Below the pieces are notes generated by a model that made no database searches, was not told the origin of the DNA, and saw only the letters and a list, made by a program, of their open reading frames with translations. A DNA stretch of 64,000 bases from an uncultured Chloroflexia bacterium (GTDB lineage: Bacteria > Chloroflexota > Ktedonobacteria > Ktedonobacterales > JADMIN01), in assembly GCA_963718915.1 (NCBI GenBank), contig CAVRAI010000003.1, positions 642,103 through 706,102 of the forward strand. The letters are read 5' to 3'. Numbering within the stretch: position 1 is the first letter of the stretch; each line of letters starts with the position of its first letter. A program made the position numbers and the translations under genes. Below, in pieces: positions 18,132-28,231 of this stretch.

Positions 18132-19463
18132 ATGTCACAGAGCACCCTGGCTGCTTTGGCCGCGGCCCTCGCCTGGGTGGCGTTGATCGCCTATGCCGTG
18201 CTCGGGGGCGCGGATTTCGGCGGCGGGATCTGGGATTTGCTGGCCAGAGGACCGACGGCCGAGCGTCAGCGCGCGGTCATAGCCCGTGGCATGGGACCTG
18301 TCTGGGAGTCCAACAACGTCTGGCTCATCTTTGTGCTGGTGGTCACCTGGACGGCTTTCCCCATTGTCTACGCTGGGATCTCGACCGCTCTCTTCATCCC
18401 TATTACACTGGCCGTCATTGGCATTGTGCTGCGCGGGGCGGCGTTCAGCTTTCGCTCGAACTACGGCCGGGAAATCGGGTCAGGCGTGCGCTGGGGCTAT
18501 GCCTTCAGCATCGCGAGCACAATCACACCATTTCTCTTTGGCACGATGGCTGGGGCGCTGGCGAGTGGTAACATTCGTGTCTCAACTGGACCATCTCTGC
18601 AGGTACAAGCCAACCCGTGGACGACCTGGACGACCCCCTTCGCCCTCGCCTGTGGCCTGTTTGCGGTCGCGCTCTGCTCGGTCCTTGCGGCGACTTACCT
18701 CACCATTGATGCACGCAAGGCGGGAGACAACGCAGTCGCCGAGGGCTTCCGGCTGCGTGCGCTCATCGCTGGCGCTGTGACTGCGGCGCTGGGGGCGCTG
18801 TCGGCGGTGCTCGCGATCTCCGAGGCGCCCACCTTCTGGCAAGGGTTGATCGGCAAGGCCCTGCCATTCACCATCGCCGCAGTGGTGATTGGCCTGGCTA
18901 CGGCCGCCGCGTTGCTGCGTCACCTCGATTATCTTGCCCGCGTCCTGGTGGCAGCGGAGACGGCGTGTATCTTCCTGGCCTGGGGTGTTGCCCAATGGCC
19001 GTATTTGATCGTGCCAGATGTGACGGTAGATAATGCCGCTAGTCCAGCCTCTGTGCTCGGACCGCTGTTGATTGTCTCCCTCCTTGGTCTGGTAATTCTC
19101 TTGCCTTCGCTCTGGTATCTTTTTACAGTCGTCAAGCGTACCCCGAGGCCCAGCACACCTTCGGCTGGGGCTAGGGTCACGACGGCTGCCTTCGTCGCAT
19201 CACTCCCGCTCGCCGAGCCTGAGGCGCCGTCACCGCGCACCGAACCGATGTCCGCGCAAGCCTCGGCGGTTGTGTTGCCGGGTGGCCCAACCATGCAACG
19301 GATTGTGCCAGTGCTCACAGCATTGTTCGCGATCGCCGCCGCCCCCCTCATTACCAGTATGCTAGAAGGCATGAGTCGCGGCATGCATCGTGGCATGCAG
19401 CAGGGCCTTGAGCGTGTCCAGCGTCGGCGCAACCAACGGCATCGGAGCGCGCACGCACATTAA
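18132..19463 (+). CDS. cydB: Cytochrome bd-type quinol oxidase subunit II with a C-terminal extension of about 100 aa
   Basis: LAWVALIAYAVLGGADFGGGIWDLLA is typical of CydB. At 443 aa it is longer than usual, and the extra tail contains one more hydrophobic helix (IVPVLTALFAIAAAPLITSML). Confidence 0.85.
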   Translation: MSQSTLAALAAALAWVALIAYAVLGGADFGGGIWDLLARGPTAERQRAVIARGMGPVWESNNVWLIFVLVVTWTAFPIVYAGISTALFIPITLAVIGIVLRGAAFSFRSNYGREIGSGVRWGYAFSIASTITPFLFGTMAGALASGNIRVSTGPSLQVQANPWTTWTTPFALACGLFAVALCSVLAATYLTIDARKAGDNAVAEGFRLRALIAGAVTAALGALSAVLAISEAPTFWQGLIGKALPFTIAAVVIGLATAAALLRHLDYLARVLVAAETACIFLAWGVAQWPYLIVPDVTVDNAASPASVLGPLLIVSLLGLVILLPSLWYLFTVVKRTPRPSTPSAGARVTTAAFVASLPLAEPEAPSPRTEPMSAQASAVVLPGGPTMQRIVPVLTALFAIAAAPLITSMLEGMSRGMHRGMQQGLERVQRRRNQRHRSAHAH

Positions 19464-19529
19464 TACCAACCATGAACAAAAGAGGTCATTCCTTCTGCTG
19501 TAAGAGGCTGCTAGCCAGGGAGCGTGAGA

Positions 19530-20180
19530 ATGTTGGATTTAAGCTCATTTGATATCACCGTAGCGATTGAGATTTTCTTCTTGCTGCTGATTGGTGTTGG
19601 TCCCAAGATTGCACTGGTTCCTTTTCTCGAGTTGACCGCAAAGATGGACAAGCAGACCAAGGATAAGGTTGTTCGCAAGATGCTGAGCACGGCATCCATC
19701 ACCGCTGTTTTGCTCATGATATTCGGCGGGCTGCTGACAAGGCTGCTCCATTTTTCTACGGGCGCATTGGCCATCGCTGGAGGGATCATTTTGCTCGTGA
19801 TCTCGATGGCAATGGTTCTCAGTCGCGGCGAGAGACAGACGCAGCACGATGCGCCAGTCGCCAGCGATCCCATGAAGCTCGCCGTCTTTCCACTCGCGGT
19901 TCCCTACCTGCTCAATCCCGCGGGCATCGTAACGCTCGTCACGGTCTCTGCGGAAGCCGGAGCGTTCGGTGTCTTCGCCATTGTCTTTGGCCTCCTTGCC
20001 GTGGTGATTCTTATCGATGTTGCCGTATTCCGTTGGGCTGAACGAGTGAGCGCGCATCTCGATGAGAGCCGCATGCTGGTGATCGAGAAAGTCTTTGGTT
20101 TCCTGCTGGCCGCGCTGGCGGTTCAACTGGCATTGGATGGCCTGGCCGACCTTGGCGTCATCCACCTCGCCGCTCATTAG
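19530..20180 (+). CDS. MarC family (UPF0056) integral membrane protein
   Basis: ORF 19524..20180; ATG 19530 has AGGGAG 8 nt upstream. AIAGGIILLVISMAMV and AVFPLAVPYLLNPAGIVTLV resemble the MarC conserved blocks. Confidence 0.65.
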   Translation: MLDLSSFDITVAIEIFFLLLIGVGPKIALVPFLELTAKMDKQTKDKVVRKMLSTASITAVLLMIFGGLLTRLLHFSTGALAIAGGIILLVISMAMVLSRGERQTQHDAPVASDPMKLAVFPLAVPYLLNPAGIVTLVTVSAEAGAFGVFAIVFGLLAVVILIDVAVFRWAERVSAHLDESRMLVIEKVFGFLLAALAVQLALDGLADLGVIHLAAH

Positions 20181-20289
20181 ATGTCCGCATATGGAGTATA
20201 TGGAGCATATGAAGCATATGGAGCGAGCGCGACGAGCACTGTCTCCGTCGCGCTCTCATGCATTGCCAGTGGTGTGTGGCGGCAGCGGC

Positions 20290-20988
20290 CTAGGCGGGGC
20301 TTGGCCCGGTGTCGCTGCCAGATGCGGTAGCCTCGGGAGGAGGCGTTTCGCCACTGGCCGGAGTAGCCGTGGAAGTGTTTGGGGTTGATGGGCCAGGCGT
20401 CGCCGCGCTCTGCGTGGATGCGCTCGACGCGGATGTGTCGGTCGCTGTCGCTGCTGCTGAGCCACCGGCTACCGGAACCTCGACAGGCTGCTCCGCATCG
20501 AGCTGCGCGGCGATATCTGCCCGCACCGCCTCGGTGACGACGTCCGCGCCATACTGCTGAAGCTCAGCCTCCACCTCGCGCACCCAGACGTCCTCGATCA
20601 CGGCGATCAACGCCGAGGTGTTGGGCTTCAGTCCCTTGCCGACCTCGCGCAGACGGTCGTCTGGAAAACCGGCGTCGTGCAGCCGGGCAGAGAACCCGCC
20701 GACGGCCGCCCCTACCGCAGCGCTTGCCAGGATCGATGGCGGGAAGATGAGGCCAACCACCCCACCGATGACACCACCAATCACCGCGCCTTTGCCGCCA
20801 CGCATGTCGGCGGTTTCTTTGAAGTGGAGCTTGCCGTCCCCATCCTTCCAGAGGACGGCGGCGTTGCGGATGCCAATCAGCCGATCCTTTTTGGCCTGTT
20901 TGAGTTCGCCCAGCGCCTTCTCAGCGCCATCCTCGTCTTTGAACGCGGCGAGTACGACTTCTACGGGTACATCGCTCTCTTTGCTCAT
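20290..20988 (-). CDS. DUF1269-related membrane protein (orphan member)
   Basis: ORF 20290..21015, start at ATG 20988 (AGGAGG upstream). VEVVLAAFKDEDGAEKALGELKQ, Gly-zipper GKGAVIGGVIGGVVGLIFPPSILASAAVGAAVGGFS, then PNTSALIAVIEDVW. Low-complexity S/T/A tail. Confidence 0.65.
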   Translation of the reverse strand: MSKESDVPVEVVLAAFKDEDGAEKALGELKQAKKDRLIGIRNAAVLWKDGDGKLHFKETADMRGGKGAVIGGVIGGVVGLIFPPSILASAAVGAAVGGFSARLHDAGFPDDRLREVGKGLKPNTSALIAVIEDVWVREVEAELQQYGADVVTEAVRADIAAQLDAEQPVEVPVAGGSAAATATDTSASSASTQSAATPGPSTPNTSTATPASGETPPPEATASGSDTGPSPA

Positions 20989-21167
20989 GCCAGTCCTCCT
21001 GTGCGTCCAGCACATCCACGATTCACGAAATTACTCGCCCAGGCGGCCACGCCGTGAGGGGTACTTGCCAGGCAGTGTAACGCGGGCCTGGCTCTGCCGC
21101 GCCATCCTCAGAGGGAGGCCGAAAGGCTAGAATCTCTCCTCTCTTGAGCGGTGGCTTCTATCGACGC

Positions 21168-21764
21168 CTACGCGGCCACCATGGCGCCCATCCGTTTGAT
21201 CGCGAACGCCTTGATGATGTCGCTTATACCATGGAGGAGCGCCCAGACTCCCGAAAAGATGAGCAGTGTATAGGCCTGTGTGGCAAGAAACTGGCCGCCC
21301 GCCCAGAAGCCCAAAAGAATCATGATGATCCCGGAGATCAACCCGAGCCACCACATCGAATTGGTTGCCATGGTCGCGAATGCTTCAATCATCCAGAAGA
21401 TGCCGACCAGCGCGAACAGGAAGCCGAGCAGATTGGCCACCGCGAGGAAGGTCTGCACCGGGTTAACCAGGGCATAGATGCCTCCAATGAGGAGGATCAC
21501 CCCGAAGACAGCCCAGAGCCATCGCCAGCCGCCCGAGACAAAGGCAACGGTCAGTTCCTCTATTCCGGCCACCAGGAACATGATGCCAATCACGATACCG
21601 ACGAGCGTGAGCGAGCTATTCCTGAACTGCAGAATGACAATCGAGGCGAGAATCCACAGGATTCCACTGACGAGCCACCCCCACCACCACTTGCTCAGCT
21701 CTCGCGCCGCCTGGCGGGTCTCCGCGGTTTGTGGTTGCGCCGCGGCGTTCATCGACGTATCCAT
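21168..21764 (-). CDS. HdeD family (DUF308) membrane protein
   Basis: WWWGWLVSGILWILASIVILQF followed by repeated DUF308-like helices (FLVAGIEEL, LLIGGIYALVNP, MILLGFWAGG). Confidence 0.8.
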   Translation of the reverse strand: MDTSMNAAAQPQTAETRQAARELSKWWWGWLVSGILWILASIVILQFRNSSLTLVGIVIGIMFLVAGIEELTVAFVSGGWRWLWAVFGVILLIGGIYALVNPVQTFLAVANLLGFLFALVGIFWMIEAFATMATNSMWWLGLISGIIMILLGFWAGGQFLATQAYTLLIFSGVWALLHGISDIIKAFAIKRMGAMVAA

Positions 21765-22082
21765 TGCTCCCCCCGTTTCTTTTCACTGAATTCACGTGCA
21801 TACCTGGCATGCGGCCTCTACCCTCATAGACCGGATCGGTGATGATAACTAAAAATGCGCCTGCCTGCATCATTGCCTTCGCGCCACCACCAGCAGCATA
21901 TGTCAGGCGCACGATGTAGACCTCACCCCAAAAGCGGGAGCAAAAGGAGAGTCTTGAACTTGCCCTATGCGAGAGCATGCCCCCTCTCCCAAAGGTGGGG
22001 AGACTCACCAGGAATATGCTGGTGCGCAGATAGGCGTATCGGATTAATGCCGTCCTCAGCCGTCCGCCGATTCGCCTGATCG

Positions 22083-22919
22083 TTAATAGACTTCGGGAAC
22101 CATGTGATAAGCCCGTTCTGGCTCTTTATAGCCGTTGCGATGGTGTGGTTTTCCCAGCTTGATCTCTTCCTGCGGGAGATCCTTGTAGGGGATCAAGCTC
22201 AAAAGGTGCGCGATACAATTCAGACGCGCGCGCCTTTTCACGTTCGCATCAACGACATACCAGGGAGAAACTATTGTATCGGTCGCGTCGAACATAGCAT
22301 CCCTGGCCCGCGAGTAGTCGTACCAGCGACGATGCGCCTCGATATCCATCGGGCTGAGCTTCCAGATCTTTCTGCCGTCGTCAATCCTTGCCTTGAAGCG
22401 GCGGTCTTGCTCTTCCTCGCTGACTTCAAGCCAGTATTTGATCAGGATGATGCCCTGCTCGACGATCAGGCGCTCGATGTCAGGGGTGTTTTTGAGGAAC
22501 TCCTCATACTCTCGGTCGGTGCAGAAGCCCATCACATGCTCGACGCCAGCCCGGTTATACCAGCTGCGGTCGAAGATGACGACCTCACCCGCCGACGGAA
22601 AGTGCGCCATGTAGCGTTGGAAGTAGAGTTCGGTTTTCTCGCGCTCGGTTGGTTTGGGCAGCGCTACATGCCGAAAGACGCGCGGGCTGACCCGTTCTCT
22701 GATGCGCTTGATCGTGCCCCCTTTGCCCGCCGCGTCACGCCCCTCAAACACGATGACTACCCTTAGCCCCTCGTGTATCACCCAGCGCTGCAATTTCACG
22801 AGTTCGATATGGAGCTTCGCCATCTCTTTCTCGTATGCTTTTCGCTTCAACTTCTCTTTGCCGGGTTTTACGTCCTGGGCGACTTGCGGGTGTTCGTGTT
22901 CTTTGACCTTCGACATCAT
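22083..22919 (-). CDS. ppk2: Polyphosphate kinase 2
   Basis: Walker-A-like VIVFEGRDAAGKGGTIKRI plus FDRSWYNRAGVEHVMGF, typical of PPK2. Confidence 0.9.
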   Translation of the reverse strand: MMSKVKEHEHPQVAQDVKPGKEKLKRKAYEKEMAKLHIELVKLQRWVIHEGLRVVIVFEGRDAAGKGGTIKRIRERVSPRVFRHVALPKPTEREKTELYFQRYMAHFPSAGEVVIFDRSWYNRAGVEHVMGFCTDREYEEFLKNTPDIERLIVEQGIILIKYWLEVSEEEQDRRFKARIDDGRKIWKLSPMDIEAHRRWYDYSRARDAMFDATDTIVSPWYVVDANVKRRARLNCIAHLLSLIPYKDLPQEEIKLGKPHHRNGYKEPERAYHMVPEVY

Positions 22920-23001
22920 CTACCACCTTTCAACGCGCTCCTCTATCCATCGATCCATCGCGGCTCAAGCGACCTGCTCTTCTGTGTCTTGCGTTTCAGC
23001 C

Positions 23002-25680
23002 TCAGGTGTGGATGAGGCGTGAGGCTGTGGATGATGCTGCCGCGCGCCGCCGGAAGATCTTGGCTATCTCGATCACCCACAGAATCGCCGAGCCGACGAC
23101 GATGCATATGACCCACTCGCCGATAGTGAGACCGGATGTCTGGAAGAGCCTGTTCATGAAATCCGGCGCAGTCACTAAGAATGTTGCCAGCAACGACCAT
23201 CCGCACGTTTGCAGCAACCGAGTACTCCGAAGCGTCTCGTGGTTGAATACCGAGCGAAGCTCATCGTTGGTCTCCAGCGCATAGAAGATGCTCGCTAGCG
23301 AGAAGACGGTCATGCCCATCGTGTGGGCAACTGTGGTGTTCACGTGAGCGCTGACAATCGCGTACTGCATCACGCCGAGTGTGCATGCCGCAAGGATCAA
23401 CCCAACGAGAACCAGACGCGCGAGGAGCCGAGCAGGGAGAATCTGTGCGTTCGCTTTGCGCGGACGTCGTTGCATGAGACCCGGCGTCGGGTTGCCAAGA
23501 CCCAGGCCAATAGATAGCAGGATGTCAATCGTAAAGTTGATCCAGAGCGCCTGTAAGGGCAGGAAGGGAACACCTGAAAGGATATCGAACAGCGCCGCGC
23601 CCAGGAACGTGATGATGAACGCGAACAGCGAACCCATCTGGAAGCGAATATACTTCATCAGGTTATCGTAGAGGGCGCGCCCACTCTCTACGGCTCGGAT
23701 GATCGTGGCGAAGTTGTCATCGGTAAGGATCATTACCGCAGCCTCTTTGGCCACATCGGTGCCAGTGACACCCATGGCTACCCCGATATCAGCCTTCTTG
23801 AGCGCTGGCGCATCGTTGACGCCGTCGCCGGTCATCGCTACGATCTTGTGCGCCTTCTTCAAAATCTCGACCAGTCTGACCTTGTGCTCTGGTGTGACAC
23901 GCGCGATGACGCCGATCTCATTGACCTGGCGTAGCGCTTCCTCGTCGCTCATGGCGGCAAAGTCTGCCCCACTGATCGCCCGGCCTGGGATACCCAACTG
24001 CTGTGCAATAGCCCCAGCGGTAACCGCGTGGTCGCCGGTAATCATGCGTACCTGGATGCCAGCGGATCGCGCTTTGGCGATTGAGGTCTTCGCCTCTGGA
24101 CGCGGCGGATCCACGATGCCGATGAGCGCCAGCATGGTCAGGCCCTTCACCTCCGCCAGGAGATCGCCAGAGGGATCGAACGACGCTGGATCGAGGTCGC
24201 GATGCGCAACGGCCATAACGCGCAGACCCTGTTTGCCAAGCCGCTCATTGATCGCAACATACTCGGCGCGCACGGCGTCAATTGGTACCTTGTGTTGTTG
24301 CGCATCCAGTGTATATGAAGAGCGAGTCAGCAACTGATCAGGAGCGCCTTTCACGAAGCAGCGGATGACCTCGCGACCATCATCCCCTGTCATCCTATGA
24401 AATGTGGCCATCAACTTATAGGCGGCGTCGAACGGCACCTCGGCCACGCGGGGGTATTCCTGACGGGTCGTGACGGCATCAATGCCTCCCTTGGCAGCCA
24501 GTACTACGAGCGCACCCTCGGTGGGATCGCCAACCAGCTCGCCATCTTTTGCCACTGCGTCAGAGGCTAATGCCATCGGCAGCAGATAGGGTTCGAGTTC
24601 GATGGTAGCCTTGCCGCCGACCCGCGTGATCTGGCCGTTGGTGGAGTAGCCTCCACCTGTGACTGTATAGCGCTGGCCAGGAGTCACCATCTCGACGGCG
24701 GTCATCTGGTTGAGGGTGAGCGTGCCCGTTTTATCGGTATTGATGGCAGAGGTCGCACCGAGTGTCTCGACCGAACGCAGTCGCTTGACGATTGCGCCGA
24801 CTTTCGCCAGGGCTGTCGTGCCGTGAGCCAGCAGGTAGGTAACGACTGCGGGCAGGCCAGTTGGAATCGCCGAGATGGAGAACGCAACGCCGGCGAGTAA
24901 GAGCGCATTCACATCCTGGCCATTACGGAAATAGCCGAGCGCGAGAAAGAGAGCCAGCGCCACCAGGGCAATCACGACGATCTGGTTCGTGAGGGTATTG
25001 AGCTGTTTGGTGAGCGGAGTCTGCTCGATGGTCGTCGTTTGCAGCATCCCGGAGATATGCCCGACTTCGGTCGACATGCCGGTGGCAGTCACCACGATGT
25101 CCCCAGCGCCACGGGTCACTTCCGTATTCATGTAGGCCATATCGACACGGTCAGCCAGCGGAGTGTCGGCTTTGTCGACGGGGGTGACTTCCTTGGGCAC
25201 TGGTGCGCTCTCTCCAGTGAGCGCGGACTCGCCGATCTCCAGAGTCGCTGCTCGAATGATCCGACCGTCAGCCGTCACACGGTCACCAGCCTCAAGCAAG
25301 ATGATATCGCCAGGGACAATCTGCTCTGCCGGAATCTCGATGACTTGCCCGCCGCGACGCACCTTCGATTTGACGATCATCATCTTCTGCAAAGCGGCCA
25401 CACTGGCCTCCGCCTTGCCTTCCTGGCTCAGCCCCATGAACGCATTCAAGAGGGTCAACGCTAACAAGAGGAGCGCTGTGCCCCATTCCTTGATGAAGAG
25501 ACAGGCGACGGTAGCCACCAGCAGGAGAATCTGCATAGGGTCCTGGTACTGACGCAGAAAAGTCCGCCAGCCGGGTTCCTTCTTCTCCGCTGTGAATGCG
25601 TTTGGGCCATATTTCTTGAGGCGCGCCTCAGCCTCTGACGTGCTCAGACCGGTCGTGGCATCGACGCCCTGTTGACGCAA
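23002..25680 (-). CDS. Cation-translocating P-type ATPase (P2-like), substrate unassigned; 5' end probably extends to 25758
   Basis: DKTGTLT (INTDKTGTLTLNQM), TGES (LTGESAPV), TGDGVNDAPALKKADIG. The TM4 motif reads IPTGLPAV rather than PEGL. In-frame WHTLTIEEAL lies upstream of the tracked TTG start. Confidence 0.9.
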   Translation of the reverse strand: MRQQGVDATTGLSTSEAEARLKKYGPNAFTAEKKEPGWRTFLRQYQDPMQILLLVATVACLFIKEWGTALLLLALTLLNAFMGLSQEGKAEASVAALQKMMIVKSKVRRGGQVIEIPAEQIVPGDIILLEAGDRVTADGRIIRAATLEIGESALTGESAPVPKEVTPVDKADTPLADRVDMAYMNTEVTRGAGDIVVTATGMSTEVGHISGMLQTTTIEQTPLTKQLNTLTNQIVVIALVALALFLALGYFRNGQDVNALLLAGVAFSISAIPTGLPAVVTYLLAHGTTALAKVGAIVKRLRSVETLGATSAINTDKTGTLTLNQMTAVEMVTPGQRYTVTGGGYSTNGQITRVGGKATIELEPYLLPMALASDAVAKDGELVGDPTEGALVVLAAKGGIDAVTTRQEYPRVAEVPFDAAYKLMATFHRMTGDDGREVIRCFVKGAPDQLLTRSSYTLDAQQHKVPIDAVRAEYVAINERLGKQGLRVMAVAHRDLDPASFDPSGDLLAEVKGLTMLALIGIVDPPRPEAKTSIAKARSAGIQVRMITGDHAVTAGAIAQQLGIPGRAISGADFAAMSDEEALRQVNEIGVIARVTPEHKVRLVEILKKAHKIVAMTGDGVNDAPALKKADIGVAMGVTGTDVAKEAAVMILTDDNFATIIRAVESGRALYDNLMKYIRFQMGSLFAFIITFLGAALFDILSGVPFLPLQALWINFTIDILLSIGLGLGNPTPGLMQRRPRKANAQILPARLLARLVLVGLILAACTLGVMQYAIVSAHVNTTVAHTMGMTVFSLASIFYALETNDELRSVFNHETLRSTRLLQTCGWSLLATFLVTAPDFMNRLFQTSGLTIGEWVICIVVGSAILWVIEIAKIFRRRAAASSTASRLIHT

Positions 25681-25884
25681 GGCTTCCTCGATAGTGAGCG
25701 TGTGCCAGGCGGGACTCTTCGGCAGGCGTGCTATCGACAGGTGAGGTTGTTGTAGCCATGCTTCCCTCCGTGACGATGTGATGCGTTCGTGCAGAGGACT
25801 CGCGTGATGCTGTGCTTCAGGTTTGCCCGATTTGGTGGGGTAGCGCTGTTGATGTCTGGGCTACATGGAACCGGCTGTACATTT

Positions 25885-26118
25885 CTATGATGAGTAGCGC
25901 CTGGACTCCGATTGGTAGCGGCTGGCTTCACGCAGTTGATACGTCGAGCCAGGCTTGGCTGGCAGAATGGCGCCGATGAGCCAGAGGAACGGCACGAAGA
26001 TGCCGATAATCCCCAGCAACCAATGTCCCTTCTGGAAGGTCATCACACAGACCGTGAATAAGAGGAAGAAGTAGATTACTCCGAACGAAATGGTCAGTAT
26101 CCAATCGAGAGTTGACAT
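25885..26118 (-). CDS. Small two-TM protein (77 aa), paralogue of 28232..28465
   Basis: Inner start ATG 26118 of ORF 25885..26358, with GGAGGAGG upstream. MSTLDWILTISFGVIYFFLLFTVCVMTFQKGHWLLGIIGIFVPFLWLIGAILPAKPGS. Confidence 0.6.
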   Translation of the reverse strand: MSTLDWILTISFGVIYFFLLFTVCVMTFQKGHWLLGIIGIFVPFLWLIGAILPAKPGSTYQLREASRYQSESRRYSS

Positions 26119-26338
26119 ACAGAACCTCCTCCATCGAGACGGGGCACTCCAGCGAACTGGGGTCTCCGTCGGGCGGCCAAACCGCGTAGCTGCGTAGAGA
26201 TGCAACCAGTGTAGCCCCAATCCGCGACATAGAACCCATGCGCAGAGATAGACCTGGCGATGGGTTTTCTTCCTGTCGCAGAGCGTGGAAATGCCTATCC
26301 CTGTGGTGAGGTTGGGTGTATCCCTGTGGCATATCCCG

Positions 26339-27963
26339 TCATCGTGCCTGAGCGCCAACCTCAGCGGGCTGTGGCGCGGCGCGACTGGCGGGCAGAAGAA
26401 TCGCCGCGATCAGGCCGATACAGGCGAAGGCGACCATCACGATGAGCGCCAGACCAAAATCCTTGTTGCCTTCGAGCAGATTCAAGACGAGCACCGAGCC
26501 GACAATGGCAGTTCCAAGTGACGAGCCGAGGTTCGAGACACTGCGCGACAGACCCGAAATCTCGCCCTGATCTTGCTCCGGGAAGGCGGACTGGACGACA
26601 TTGACCGAGGAGGTCAGCATGACCCCAACGCCCGCGCCGATCAGGAACAGGCCGGGCAGGAAGCGAAGGGTGTTGGTGGTGGCGCCTGCCAGTAGGATCA
26701 GCAGAAGCATGCCGAGGATGGTCACGACGAATCCCGCCAATGATAAGTGTTCGTTGGGGGCGCCGCTTCGCGAGCCGACCCGCGACAGCTCGATGAGAGC
26801 AGGATGCCGATGGTCGTAGGGGTGAGGATCAGGCCCGTTTCGATGGCGCTGTAGCCACGAACGGTCTGCAGGAAGACCGAGATGACGAAGAAGCTTCCCT
26901 GCAAGACGAGCCACTGGATGTTTTGTGTCACCAGCCCAAAGTTAGACGTACGATTGCGGAACAGCCTGCTCGCCAGGAGAGGCTCTTTTCCCGCTCGCTC
27001 CCAGGATCGGATGTGGAGGAAGAACCAGAGCAAGATGAGGGCGCCGATTCCCACAAACAGCCAGACCGGCGAGATTCCACCCTTGGGGATGATGACAACC
27101 GAGCCGATGGTAAAGTCCTGGTTCGCCGTGAGCCATCCATACGTGCCGGATTGCAGGATGCCCAGCACGATGAAGAAGAGTCCCGCCGCCGAGAGCACCG
27201 CGCCAAGGATATCGAAGCGCGGCTTGGCGCCCTGAATGCCCGCATCCTGGATCCGCCGATGGCCGCTGATGATAATCAGGGCGACGACCAGCACCTGAAG
27301 AATAAACGAGGCGCGCCAGCTGATCGCGCTGGTGATAAGCCCGCCGATAAGCGGGCCCGCCGCAGCTCCGATCCCGGCGGCGGCGCTGATAATGCCGAAC
27401 GCCCTGGCGCGAGAAGGAAGATCGGTGAAGACAACCGTGGCCAGGATATAAATCGGTGGGATCATCAGCGCGGAGCCGACGCCTTCGAGCAGCGAATAGC
27501 CGAATATCAATACACCCAGCCCCGGCGCGAGCGCCGCGATCAGCGCGCCGATCCCATAGACGATCAGGCCCAGCTCGAAGCAGAACTTGCGACCCCAGAT
27601 GTCCGTCAGTTTGCTGCCGGGGATCATCAGTGCGGCCATGGTGAGCGTGAAGAAGGTGATCGCCGTCTGGACGCCCTGGACGTCTGTATTCAAGTCCTGA
27701 GCGATGCTATTGATCGCCACGTTCATATTGGACGCGGCATAGCTGGCGATGAACTGCGCAAGCGCGAGCGGAAGCAAGTATTGACCAGTCGAATGGCGCC
27801 GCGCGCGATGGCGCTGGGCGAGAGGTGTCAATGTGGGCGTCCATCGCGAATGGTCTCCTTGTGCTCCAGCTCCCGCGAGGGAATCCGTCAGCGCGAACAA
27901 CGACAGGGCGGTTCGTGCCAGTATAGCCCCAACGATTTCGTGAGGAACCCCGCCCTCAGGCAA
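26339..27963 (-). pseudogene. MFS transporter (DHA2/EmrB-like, 14-TM type) with at least one frame break near 26760-26830
   Basis: ORF 26722..27963 (LALAQFIASYAASNMNVAINSIAQDL, many TMs) and ORF 26339..26914 (C-terminal TMs) are two frames of one gene. A third frame reads AVAGRLAKRRPQRTLIIGG between them. The start codon is uncertain. Confidence 0.65.
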
Positions 27964-28231
27964 GTTTTTAGGGGGAGTTGCTTCCTCGCCCCATGGGCAG
28001 CGCCTCGCCCAGGCAAACAGTAGACATGCCGCTCTATGGGGAACTTACCACCTGCGGGTTAGCGGAAATACTGCCCTTCAGGACACTCCTCGCGTGCAGG
28101 GTAAGTGGAATCAACTTGTCATATTCTATGCCCGGCAACTTTGCGCGAGCGTGCCTTAGGGATAGGCCCGGAGGAGCAGTAGAGACATTGGCTGGATCCC
28201 ACCAACAGTTTCGGACAGGAGGCGCTGATCT

